64,000 nucleotides of DNA from Marispirochaeta sp. (GCA_963676835.2 CAXXFF010000003.1:96001-160000); one strand, 5' to 3'. Counted from the first letter of the stretch, positions 38,041-47,191 are shown. Notes: generated by a model not told the origin, from the sequence alone. Made by a program: numbers and translations.

Positions 38041-39762
38041 TCAGTTAAATTTAAAAATCAGATGACTGAGATTACCGGCCCGGACACCCCAGCGATTAGT
38101 CAGATATTCATCCAGAACACCGGCTGCAGCGGTAAAATGCAGAGGATTTTCTGTAAGTAAGGCATCCACCACAGGTGCTGAGGCGGGATAAACCGAAACC
38201 ATTCTTGGAAGGGTATAATCTATATAGTAAGGATCTGCGCCGGCTACTGACTGCTGCAGCAGGTAGGCCTGAAGTTCGTTGACCACAAGATACTCGTCTT
38301 CGGGATCATACCCCTTCCAGGAAAAGAAAGTTCGCCAGAAATTCTGTTCCACCGGGCTGAAACTGTCCCAAAGCTTCTGACTCTCCTGACGTAGCCCTGC
38401 ATCAGTAAAAAACAGTCCATGGCAGCCTTCGTGGGTAAGAAATAAGTGCCGAAGATAAGGCGGAGATTCCCGTGTTATAGACAGGAAGCCCCCGCTAAGA
38501 GGAAGATATCGGTTTTCGTCTTTTGATATAACCCTGTTTTCCACCAGAATCTGTGCAAGTTTCTCTTCTTCGGGATTAAGGGCAAACCCTTCATCTATTG
38601 CGGTAGAAAAAAACCGGGCGATATCTTCAGCACGGTAGTCATGAGCATTCCAGCCATGCAATGGCTCCAGAACCTCATTCGCAAGCAGGGTTCCGCGGAC
38701 CCCCTCTTTTTCCACAAAAAAGGCCATCCTTTTAAGAAAGGCGGACTGAATTCCATAATCGGCGAAATCAAAGACAAGAATTTCAGGAGCAAGACTCCAG
38801 CGGAACAGTTCAAACTCATCCTGACGCCACAATTCCCTCGGATAAACCAGTAAAGATGAAAAATCAATATCCACTGGTCCTTTGTGATCTGCCATGGAAA
38901 GGAACTCTGCAGCGGTTATGGATGCATCATCAGCATCCAGTTCAACTTTTACGGGGACAAACCCAAGTACGCTGTAATGAAAATCATAAACCCCTGTGCC
39001 CCGGGAATGGGTAAACTCAACCCTGTTCATACGATTTTCCGTATCGTAAAACGAAAACTCCGCAGGAGCTTTTCCCGTGGATTCAAGTCTTAAGCGCAGA
39101 AACCCCTCTCTATTTGTCTCTCCCGGCAGCGAAATATTACTGAGAGCAGGAGGAGTAAAGGCCAGCTCCTTTATTTTTCCATCATACAGTACGAAGGGCT
39201 GAATATTCCCGCCTATAAGAACTTGAGAATTATCAATGGTTATTCCCGAATAGCTGTCGTCAATACCGGTCCCCTGAATATCAAGCATGCCCCCTCCGGA
39301 ACTTCCGCTTATGCGGAAACCTTCCAGGAGATCATTGGCATCAAGAGCAACCCTGAACTCAATTTCTCTACCCGACATAAAGGGCATTTCGATAGTACGG
39401 TCGATACTGTTGATTTTCAGCTCCAACTGAAGCGGTGTATCGCTGGAGTATACGATAAAAAAGGAACGCCCCCGCTCTTCAACCTTTACAACCTCGTCGA
39501 GACGATAAAAGGGGGTACTTACACCGGTCGCTGTATACTGAAGGAGACTTTCTCCTTGTTCCTGCGTGCCTTGAGGTTTTACATCAGATTCCTGGGAAAA
39601 AGACATCTTCCTGCCGGAATACTGAAGAAAGTGAAAATCAGCGACACTGTTATGTACACAGGAGGAGAAAAGCATGGTGATAATTATCAAGATGAGAAGC
39701 GGCAAAACAGAATTGCGGATACTTCCCTTACTCCTGCTGATGTCTGCCTTTCTGCTGTTCAA
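38041..39762 (-). CDS. Hypothetical lipoprotein with HExxH motif
   Basis: Lipobox-like MLFSSC; THEGCHG (38419-38433) and downstream NELQAY. Confidence 0.7.
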   Translation of the reverse strand: MNSRKADISRSKGSIRNSVLPLLILIIITMLFSSCVHNSVADFHFLQYSGRKMSFSQESDVKPQGTQEQGESLLQYTATGVSTPFYRLDEVVKVEERGRSFFIVYSSDTPLQLELKINSIDRTIEMPFMSGREIEFRVALDANDLLEGFRISGSSGGGMLDIQGTGIDDSYSGITIDNSQVLIGGNIQPFVLYDGKIKELAFTPPALSNISLPGETNREGFLRLRLESTGKAPAEFSFYDTENRMNRVEFTHSRGTGVYDFHYSVLGFVPVKVELDADDASITAAEFLSMADHKGPVDIDFSSLLVYPRELWRQDEFELFRWSLAPEILVFDFADYGIQSAFLKRMAFFVEKEGVRGTLLANEVLEPLHGWNAHDYRAEDIARFFSTAIDEGFALNPEEEKLAQILVENRVISKDENRYLPLSGGFLSITRESPPYLRHLFLTHEGCHGLFFTDAGLRQESQKLWDSFSPVEQNFWRTFFSWKGYDPEDEYLVVNELQAYLLQQSVAGADPYYIDYTLPRMVSVYPASAPVVDALLTENPLHFTAAAGVLDEYLTNRWGVRAGNLSHLIFKFN

Positions 39763-39839
39763 TCCTTTAACCGCCCTAAGTGTACATAATTTTAAACAGG
39801 TATCCTGAAAAATACAGCAACCGGTTTATTTCCGCTTTT

Positions 39840-40613
39840 TCAAGACATCATTGGTAAGATACTGCGAACCAGCAGTTCAGCCAACTCCTGCTTTCTTGAA
39901 GGAGGAAACTCATCACTTTCATGAACAATACTGTAGAATCGCCCACGAAAGTTTTCCGGAAGGTCCGGCAGATCGAGCACCCGTTTGTACAGATCACGGC
40001 CGGATGGTTCAAAACGACGGTTAAGCACAAACATTGCCGAGGATAGATGCTTCACAAATGCGGCCAGAGAAATCAGATAAAAAAGCCTGTCATCCCGTAT
40101 TACAGAAGCCTGCAGGTCAGAAAGACAATGCTCGGTTACGGCCAGACTGCTCTCTTCAAGGGCTTTCCAGAATTCAAGCGGCAGACTGGTAAGCCGTGCC
40201 CGCATGTTTTCTATCCATCCGGAGGTGGATTTTAAAACAGAGTAGTTGGCAATGCGATAGTATAGATAGGTTCCGGTCTGGCGGAAATTCCATAGCCGCT
40301 CTTCAGCATGCCCCATGTCCGCCTCAATCTGATCCATGTCCTTATATTCCACCCTGACAGGGACCGAATCGATAATAAACCTGTCTTTCGATGAGACACT
40401 GGATGATTCAAATGCGCCGGCATCGGAAAAAGTCTTCATACGTGAATTTAATTCCGGAAGGGTTCCACGGTAGAAAACATCGAAACTCATAAAAAAATAG
40501 GGATCCGTCGGGTCCATTTCGGCAAACTCTGCCAGGGTTATAGTATCTACACCCGGCCATGCCGCAAGCCTGCTGCTCAGGTCTTCTGCAATTCTTTCAA
40601 CCCGTAGTCTCAT
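39840..40613 (-). CDS. DUF4037-like / nucleotidyltransferase-fold protein
   Basis: N-terminal LAAWPGVDTITL..DPY..SFDVFY; helical C-terminus with FVLNRRFEP. Confidence 0.6.
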   Translation of the reverse strand: MRLRVERIAEDLSSRLAAWPGVDTITLAEFAEMDPTDPYFFMSFDVFYRGTLPELNSRMKTFSDAGAFESSSVSSKDRFIIDSVPVRVEYKDMDQIEADMGHAEERLWNFRQTGTYLYYRIANYSVLKSTSGWIENMRARLTSLPLEFWKALEESSLAVTEHCLSDLQASVIRDDRLFYLISLAAFVKHLSSAMFVLNRRFEPSGRDLYKRVLDLPDLPENFRGRFYSIVHESDEFPPSRKQELAELLVRSILPMMS

Positions 40614-40771
40614 GTCGCTTTCCTTTACCTGTACTTGTCAATATCCGACAGTAGTACCGTTGTACCGTGATAGGGGCATCTCCAACAAAACAATATTTTT
40701 AGAGTGTCCGTATAGTAATAGTAGCACAACAGGCTTTACCCTTGAAAGATGCTGTGTCAGAATTACGGATC

Positions 40772-41347
40772 ATGACGGAGAAATATTACCTGCTCGGCCT
40801 GACCCCGCCCCTTACGGTAACAGCGGCATTGCAGCACTATCAGGAAAAAGTTTTCAGCCTTACAGGGAATGTTTCAGCATTATGCTTTTCTCCGCTTATT
40901 CCCCTCTGTTTTTTCGAAACACCTTTATCTCCGCCGAAGAGAGACTTCCGTTTAACCGGGCCCCTCAAATTGATGCAACCTTTTGTATTAAACACCAGCC
41001 TCTTTCTGGAACTGCAGGGAGCTGCGCTCATTGATACCCTTAAAGCAGAAATTATCTCCTGCTACGGTCAAAACGGGTACAATCCATCAAAAGAGTTTTT
41101 ACCTCTTAATTCTTCGCTCTTTATTGCCCCTGATTTCCTCCTGCCAGTCAATCCAGCCATTGAGAATAGTGCTGCAGCCACGGCACTGCCCACCTTCAGT
41201 CCCGAAGATAATATCAAATCATTTTCTTCGCTTACTCTGTGTTTCTTTGAATACCGGATATTTCGGGGAAAAGATCATGGGGAAATACAGGAGTTTGGGG
41301 AAACCCTCCACTGGGAAGCCAGGATCCGTAAACCTAAAGCTTGTTGA
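40772..41347 (+). CDS. Hypothetical protein, possibly a degenerate 2H-phosphoesterase fold
   Basis: YYLLGLTPP...SALCFSPLIPL; start chosen at ATG 40772 after TTTACC-N17-CAGAAT. Confidence 0.55.
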   Translation: MTEKYYLLGLTPPLTVTAALQHYQEKVFSLTGNVSALCFSPLIPLCFFETPLSPPKRDFRLTGPLKLMQPFVLNTSLFLELQGAALIDTLKAEIISCYGQNGYNPSKEFLPLNSSLFIAPDFLLPVNPAIENSAAATALPTFSPEDNIKSFSSLTLCFFEYRIFRGKDHGEIQEFGETLHWEARIRKPKAC

Positions 41348-41387
41348 AACTAAAGGCAGGTTCCCTCTCTTTCTGCTTTCACGGTCT

Positions 41388-41415
41388 TTGCTATTCCCTG
41401 CAAACGCGTTACATT
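41388..41415 (+). promoter_or_regulatory. Leaderless-type promoter for xseA
   Basis: TTGCTA-N16-TACATT; ATG 7 nt downstream. Confidence 0.5.
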
Positions 41416-41422
41416 GTGGCAG

Positions 41423-42655
41423 ATGAACAGTATCAAGAATGAAGTTCCGGCAGTATTCAGCGTCAGTCAGATAACAGGCCTCATTAAAGAGACCCTTGAA
41501 GGCGGTTTCGGCAATCTGAGCGTGGAAGGTGAAATATCCAATTACCGGCCCGCCTCCAGCGGTCATGTCTACTTCAGCCTGAAAGATGCTGACGCAATGA
41601 TTTCCTGTGTTCTGTTCCGCGGGAACGCTGCTAAACTCACCTTTCTTCCGGGGGACGGAAAACTGGTAAGAATCCGCGGCGATCTCTCTGTTTATCCGAA
41701 ACGGGGTAATTACCAGATTATCGTCTCTTCCATGTCACTTGCAGGTGAAGGGGCTATTCTGCAGATGCTTGAAGAACGGAAGCGCCGCTTTGCAGCCGAA
41801 GGTCTTTTTGACCAGAACCGCAAAAAACCGCTTCCTCTTAATCCTGAAAGAATCGGGGTAGTCACCTCGCCAACCGGTGCAGCTGTACGGGATATCCTGC
41901 AGGTTCTTAAGCGACGTCATTCCGGAATTTCGGTAATTATCCTTCCCGCGGCAGTTCAGGGAGAGGACGCACCGGAACAGATTGCCCGGCAGATCAAAAC
42001 TGCAAACCTGCATATGCTCTGTGACGTACTTATTATTGGTCGCGGCGGAGGATCCCTGGAAGATCTGCTGCCTTTCAGCGATGAAAAGGTTGTTCGGGCG
42101 GTGGCAGAATCGGATATCCCGCTTATATCATCGGTAGGGCATGAAATTGACTGGGCTTTAAGCGATTTTGCCGCAGATCTGCGAGCACCGACTCCATCGG
42201 CGGCTGCAGAGCTGGTAAGTGCATCCAGGGATGAGCTTGGTTCAAGAATAGAAACGTCTGTTCGCTACCTCAGTGCCGGTCTGCAGTCAAGAATCAGCGG
42301 CATCCGCAATTTGCTTGAGCGTTTCTCGCCCCGTACCATGGAGCGCACTCTCCGGCAGAAACTTCAGCCCCTGCTGCTGCGTCTGGATGACGGCAAAGAA
42401 GATCTATCAGTATCTTTAGAAAAGCGTATTCTCGCATACCGCCATAGACTGGCACTTGCAAAAGAGCGTCTGGTAACCGGCAGCCCTTTACAGATAATGT
42501 CCAAGGGTTATTCCCTGGTAAAATCCGGGGATAAAATTATCTCCGAGGCAAACCAGATAAATCCTGATTCGCTATTGGATATAAAACTCTACCGCGGAAA
42601 TATAACGGCACGGGTAGAGAGCACCCGTGAGGAGAATAACAGTGCAGAAATTTGA
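41423..42655 (+). CDS. xseA: Exodeoxyribonuclease VII large subunit
   Basis: VEGEISN, SGHVYFSLKD, IGVVTSPTGAAVRDI, GRGGGSLEDL, VGHEID, TPSAAAE. Confidence 0.97.
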   Translation: MNSIKNEVPAVFSVSQITGLIKETLEGGFGNLSVEGEISNYRPASSGHVYFSLKDADAMISCVLFRGNAAKLTFLPGDGKLVRIRGDLSVYPKRGNYQIIVSSMSLAGEGAILQMLEERKRRFAAEGLFDQNRKKPLPLNPERIGVVTSPTGAAVRDILQVLKRRHSGISVIILPAAVQGEDAPEQIARQIKTANLHMLCDVLIIGRGGGSLEDLLPFSDEKVVRAVAESDIPLISSVGHEIDWALSDFAADLRAPTPSAAAELVSASRDELGSRIETSVRYLSAGLQSRISGIRNLLERFSPRTMERTLRQKLQPLLLRLDDGKEDLSVSLEKRILAYRHRLALAKERLVTGSPLQIMSKGYSLVKSGDKIISEANQINPDSLLDIKLYRGNITARVESTREENNSAEI

Positions 42656-42887
42656 AGACCGCCTTACAAGGCTTGAAGAGCTGAGTGAAAAAATACATGA
42701 CCAGGAAACCGGACTTGATGAGGCTATGGCCTGTTTTGAAGAGGGAATAAAGCTGGCGAAAACTCTGGAAAAGGATCTGGCCAAAGTGGAAGGAAAGATC
42801 GAGATTCTGGTAAACCAGCCGGACAAGGCGGAAGATACTCCCGCCATGGAGCTGTTCCCGGATATCGATACAGGCAGCAGGGACTGA
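42642..42887 (+). CDS. xseB: Exodeoxyribonuclease VII small subunit
   Basis: KFEDRLTRLEE..LDEAMACFEEGIKL; GTG after SD GAGGAG. Confidence 0.93.
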   Translation: MQKFEDRLTRLEELSEKIHDQETGLDEAMACFEEGIKLAKTLEKDLAKVEGKIEILVNQPDKAEDTPAMELFPDIDTGSRD

Positions 42888-42938
42888 TCTTGCGACTGTC
42901 GGGGATTCTCCGCAGCGTACCCTGATCTTCCGATTCTG

Positions 42939-43409
42939 TTAATTAAGGGGAAGCCCGCCTATCTTGTCTCCCACACTTACTCCTGCAGCAGTAAATGCTC
43001 CGCGATTCATTTCCAGGGCATACCGCAGTGAACGTCTTGATGTAACAGGGCTCTCGTTATGAGGCTCAAGATCATGAATCTCCCGTATGGTGCCGTCAGA
43101 AGAGATATATGCAACGGAAAGTGGTATCTCCGTATTTTTCATCCAGAAACTCAACCGCTGATCCCGGGAAAAGACAAAAAGCATTCCCTGGTTTTCCGGT
43201 AGACTTTTACGCTTCATAAGCCCCTGCGCTCTGGCTTCCGGGCTGTCGGCCACTTCAACTTCAATAAGAGTTTCGCCAAGAGTCAGGGGAATCCGCTCAA
43301 GTGCGGTACAGCCCGGGGGCATTAAAAGCAGCAATAACAGAAAAAGTGCTTTTACAATTGTTTCAAGCTTAAAATCTGGAGAGAAAATCCTCGCGGCTGA
43401 TTTTTTCAT
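42939..43409 (-). CDS. DUF192 family protein
   Basis: EVADSPEARAQGLM, GMLFVF, FWMKNTEIPL, YALEMNRG; start uncertain. Confidence 0.88.
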   Translation of the reverse strand: MKKSAARIFSPDFKLETIVKALFLLLLLLMPPGCTALERIPLTLGETLIEVEVADSPEARAQGLMKRKSLPENQGMLFVFSRDQRLSFWMKNTEIPLSVAYISSDGTIREIHDLEPHNESPVTSRRSLRYALEMNRGAFTAAGVSVGDKIGGLPLN

Positions 43410-43920
43410 ACGATGTAAGTGCCTCCCCTTCTTCGGCAAGTCGGTCAAAAACTTCTGAGTAAATATACCTCAGTGTTACCGGCCGCTCAAGAGAGAGTCG
43501 CATACGTTTATCTTCCCAGAAGGACCGCTGCGGAGAGACATCCTCGGGATTACCGTATTTTTCGGTAAGAGTTGTATACAGCGAGTAGTAGTCAATACGC
43601 CGGGGATCCATAACCAGAACTATTACAAACAGTTCATCCTCCGGACTGAACTGAAACTGAGCAGAAGCAAAGAAGTTTAACCCTTCAACCTCAAGCAGAG
43701 TCCTGTTTTCCCGTTCCAGAAGACTCACATCGGGATCTCCCTGATAATAGAAGGAGTCGTGGCCTTTTAAAATTTCTTTTACCTCTTCAAGGCTCATTCC
43801 AAGGTTTAAATTCTCAAAACCAAAGGGCAAGGCGGTGCCGTCACTGGTTTCCTGGGCACTGAGAAAAGACGCAATCAGCAGAATGAGAATTATAAACACA
43901 CTGCGTTTTCTGATTATCAT
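43369..43920 (-). CDS. Exported hypothetical protein
   Basis: Signal peptide; LGMSLEEVK and KYGNP motifs. Confidence 0.75.
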   Translation of the reverse strand: MIIRKRSVFIILILLIASFLSAQETSDGTALPFGFENLNLGMSLEEVKEILKGHDSFYYQGDPDVSLLERENRTLLEVEGLNFFASAQFQFSPEDELFVIVLVMDPRRIDYYSLYTTLTEKYGNPEDVSPQRSFWEDKRMRLSLERPVTLRYIYSEVFDRLAEEGEALTSYEKISREDFLSRF

Positions 43921-43969
43921 TGACTCCACCTGCTCATTATCGACTTATATGCTACACTTCATAACGACC

Positions 43970-44299
43970 ATGATACATGAATCCCCGGAATATAAACTAC
44001 TGCGTTTAATTCGTACCGCACCATTAATATCCGTACAGGATGCTCTTCTGCGGGCACCGGCACGGGAAATTGCAATGTTCCTCATCTCGTTATCGAGGGA
44101 TGAACAGATCGAAATCCTTGCAAAGATTCCTGGAGTAAAAAAGAAAACTGCAGAAAATGAACTTTTATATCAGACACATATACGCAGCACCCGGGCTCAG
44201 CGCCTGGAGATGATTGAGAATCTTACCCGGAGAATCCACGGGGACAATCCTTCTGCCATAGCCAGCTATCTCAGACCATCACTCCGTCGAAAACAGTAA
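43970..44299 (+). CDS. Small protein resembling a stand-alone FliG C-terminal domain
   Basis: VQDALLRAPAREIAMFLISLSRDEQIEILAKIP resembles the FliG C-terminal helical pattern. Confidence 0.5.
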   Translation: MIHESPEYKLLRLIRTAPLISVQDALLRAPAREIAMFLISLSRDEQIEILAKIPGVKKKTAENELLYQTHIRSTRAQRLEMIENLTRRIHGDNPSAIASYLRPSLRRKQ

Positions 44300-44314
44300 A
44301 GAGAGGTGAAAATC

Positions 44315-44353
44315 AGTACAATCTTGTACTTATACTGAGATCTGCGGTAATCT
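44315..44353 (+). promoter_or_regulatory. rarA promoter with overlapping perfect inverted repeat
   Basis: AGTACAA-TC-TTGTACT (44315-30); TTGTAC-N18-TAATCT; ATG 6 nt downstream. Confidence 0.55.
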
Positions 44354-44359
44354 TGCTCC

Positions 44360-46567
44360 ATGGAACTTTTTGGCCAGACTTCAAATAAATCCTCCCCGGA
44401 AACACCCCTGGCAGACAGAATGCGTCCCCGTAATCTGGATGAATATGCCGGCCAGGACCATATTGTCGGGCCCGGAAGGCTGTTGCGCCGGGTTATCCAG
44501 GCCGATCAGTTAAGTTCCCTGATCTTCTATGGACCGCCTGGGACCGGAAAAACAACCCTTGCCCGGGTTATCGCAGGATCTACAAGCAGCCATTTTATAA
44601 CCCTCAATGCCGTCCTTTCCGGTGTTAAACAGCTGAGGGAGTCTATAGAAGAAGCCAGGCAGAAGCGTCAGTACTATGGCCAGAAAACAATTCTTTTTAT
44701 TGACGAAGTACACCGCTGGAACAAGGCTCAACAGGACGCACTGCTGCCCTGGGTCGAGAACGGCACGGTTGTTCTTATCGGGGCCACCACGGAAAACCCC
44801 TACTTTGAGGTAAACTCCGCCCTGGTAAGCCGAAGCCGTATTTTCCAGCTTAAATCCCTTACCGAGGATGATCTGCGAAAAATTCTTCATTTTACTCTTT
44901 CCGAAAAAGAACGGGGTTACGGGCGGTTCAAGGTAAGTATAGATAAGGAAGCGGAGGATCATCTTGTGCAGGTAGCCTCCGGTGATGCACGAACCCTGCT
45001 TAATGCCCTGGAACTTGCCGTAGAAACTACGCCGGAAAGCTTTCCTCCGCCTGAAGATTCGGAAATACATATAAACCTGGAAACTGCCGAGGAGAGTATT
45101 CAACGCAAAGCTCTTTTATATGATAAAGAGGGTGATTACCATTTTGACACAATCTCTGCGTTCATAAAATCTGTCCGCGGGTCAGATCCGGACGCGGCAT
45201 TGTACTGGATGGCAAGGATGGTCAAAGCCGGGGAAGATCCCCGCTTTATCTTCCGCAGAATGCTGATTTCCGCCTGTGAGGATGTAGGACTTGCCGACCC
45301 CAATGCCCTGGTTGTAGTTGAGGCGGCGGCAGCTGCCTTTGACCGTGTCGGCCTGCCGGAAGGACAGTTTCATCTTACCCATGCTGTTCTCTATCTTGCT
45401 ACGGCACCGAAGTCCAATTCGGCGCTTGGATATTTTGAAGCCCTCCACTCCCTTGAAAGCGAAAAAACCCATGAGGTACCCAATCACCTGCGGGATGCAA
45501 GCAGGGATGCGAAAGGTTTCGGCCATGGTGAAGGGTATAAGTACCCCCATGCTTACCGGGATCACTGGGTGGCACAGGCCTATCTTCCTGCTGATCTTTC
45601 CGGCCGTGTATTTTATTCACCCTCTGATCAGGGCTATGAAGGCAGCCGTAAACCATTACTTGAAAAACGCCGAGAAGAACAGCTTGCAGGTGCTATGGAA
45701 GAACCGCCGGAAATTCTCACCTATTCTCCCGGCGACAAAAGCCGTAAACGATGGGCGGACAGAACAGAAAACGGGGCTGCCGATTTTCAGCGAAGTCTCC
45801 GGGACAAGGTTTTTTCAGCTCTTCCACTGCAGCGCCACTGGAGAATCCTGGACATAGCCCCCGGTTCCGGCATTTTTATGACAGAAGCCCTGCGTTCTGT
45901 ACCGGAAGGACAGGTTGTTGTCTGCGAACCCTCTGAAAAAAAGCGTAATATGCTTATCCATATGGCAGAGCAGCTCAGCCTCTGGGAACAGCCATTGATC
46001 CTGAATGGGTCCTTTCCCGAACCCTTTGAGAACAAAGAAGCGGAATGGTCAAAGTTCGAACTTATTACCGGAAGAGACCTTATGCTGACCTACCCGGACA
46101 GGGAAAAAATGTTTTCTCAAACAGCAGGGCATCTGAAACCCGGCGGATATCTCGCCTTTGCAGACACCGTCCCCTCCGAAGGAATCAGACTTTCGGCAAT
46201 TCTTGAAGAGAGCGGCCTCGATAAGGAAACATTCGGCATGCTGATGGACGGCGAAAACCGGCTCTATGCGGATCCCGACAACAGGCTTACCAACTGGAAC
46301 TCTCAAACGCCTGTTACACTTCTCGAGAATGCCGGTTTTACAGATATTGCAGCGGAAACTGTCACCCACAGCTTTGAGATCGAACTTACACCGAGTTTAT
46401 TGGGCAGCTGGTTTTCTCCCGATAGCGCAAGCTATGCGACAAGACTTACTGCCGCCTGCGGAAAGGATTTTGTACAGTCTATTCAATCCTGGGCCTATGA
46501 AAATATAGCCGGAAGAAGGATTATATGGAAAAGAACCTATCTTCTCTGCAGGGCACAATTTCGCTGA
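44360..46567 (+). CDS. rarA: Replication-associated recombination AAA+ ATPase (RarA/MgsA) fused to a C-terminal class I SAM-methyltransferase-like domain
   Basis: [47 protein letters not shown]-terminal RILDIAPGSG and LKPGG. Confidence 0.9.
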   Translation: MELFGQTSNKSSPETPLADRMRPRNLDEYAGQDHIVGPGRLLRRVIQADQLSSLIFYGPPGTGKTTLARVIAGSTSSHFITLNAVLSGVKQLRESIEEARQKRQYYGQKTILFIDEVHRWNKAQQDALLPWVENGTVVLIGATTENPYFEVNSALVSRSRIFQLKSLTEDDLRKILHFTLSEKERGYGRFKVSIDKEAEDHLVQVASGDARTLLNALELAVETTPESFPPPEDSEIHINLETAEESIQRKALLYDKEGDYHFDTISAFIKSVRGSDPDAALYWMARMVKAGEDPRFIFRRMLISACEDVGLADPNALVVVEAAAAAFDRVGLPEGQFHLTHAVLYLATAPKSNSALGYFEALHSLESEKTHEVPNHLRDASRDAKGFGHGEGYKYPHAYRDHWVAQAYLPADLSGRVFYSPSDQGYEGSRKPLLEKRREEQLAGAMEEPPEILTYSPGDKSRKRWADRTENGAADFQRSLRDKVFSALPLQRHWRILDIAPGSGIFMTEALRSVPEGQVVVCEPSEKKRNMLIHMAEQLSLWEQPLILNGSFPEPFENKEAEWSKFELITGRDLMLTYPDREKMFSQTAGHLKPGGYLAFADTVPSEGIRLSAILEESGLDKETFGMLMDGENRLYADPDNRLTNWNSQTPVTLLENAGFTDIAAETVTHSFEIELTPSLLGSWFSPDSASYATRLTAACGKDFVQSIQSWAYENIAGRRIIWKRTYLLCRAQFR

Positions 46568-46587
46568 TTCTTTCTTGTCCATATCTA

Positions 46588-46616
46588 TTGACATTTTTCC
46601 ACTAATTAGGCATATT
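46588..46616 (+). promoter_or_regulatory. tRNA cluster promoter 1
   Basis: TTGACA-N17-CATATT. Confidence 0.65.
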
Positions 46617-46631
46617 CATCCCCACGTTCAC

Positions 46632-46704
46632 GGTGGGTATAGTTCAGTGGTAGAGCACCTGATTGTGGTTCAGGGTGTCGCGGGTTCAAATCCCGTTACC
46701 CACC
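46632..46704 (+). tRNA. tRNA-His (GTG)
   Basis: G-1, acceptor stem GTGGGTA/TACCCAC, anticodon loop TTGTGGT, GGTTCAAAT. Confidence 0.95.
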
Positions 46705-46768
46705 CTTGTTTATAACTTCAAGACCTTGTGTGTTCCGCCTACGGAACGGTTTTGCAGTTATTTATTAC

Positions 46769-46842
<74 letters not shown>

Positions 46843-46851
46843 TAAAAACAT

Positions 46852-46924
46852 GGGCCGTTAGCTCAGCTGGCAGAGCAGCAGACTCTTAATCTGCGGGTCG
46901 AAGGTTCGATCCCTTCACGGCTCA
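46852..46924 (+). tRNA. tRNA-Lys (CTT)
   Basis: Acceptor stem GGGCCGT/ACGGCTC, anticodon arm GCAGA-CTCTTAA-TCTGC. Confidence 0.95.
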
Positions 46925-46972
46925 CTATCGGAAACCTTTAAGAAATCAAATGATAAATTGGTTTTTTTCGGG

Positions 46973-47000
46973 TTGACGAAAAAGGTTTAGTGTGTATAAT
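46973..47000 (+). promoter_or_regulatory. tRNA cluster promoter 2
   Basis: TTGACG-N16-TATAAT, 11 nt before tRNA-Leu. Confidence 0.7.
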
Positions 47001-47011
47001 TGCGAACCATC

Positions 47012-47093
47012 GCGAGAGTGGTGGAATTGGCAGACACGCTAGACTTAGGATCTAGTGCCGCAAGGCGTAAGGGTTCAAGTCCCTTTTCTCGCA
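47012..47093 (+). tRNA. tRNA-Leu (TAG)
   Basis: Anticodon arm CTAGA-CTTAGGA-TCTAG, long variable arm GCCGCAAGGC. Confidence 0.95.
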
Positions 47094-47111
47094 TTGGATC
47101 CTGCACTTCGC

Positions 47112-47183
47112 GCGAGAGTAGCTCAGTGGTAGAGCTCCACCTTGCCAAGGTGGATGTCGCGGGTTCAAATCCCGTCTCTCGCT
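47112..47183 (+). tRNA. tRNA-Gly (GCC)
   Basis: Acceptor stem GCGAGAG/CTCTCGC, anticodon loop TTGCCAA. Confidence 0.95.
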
Positions 47184-47191
47184 TATTTGAT

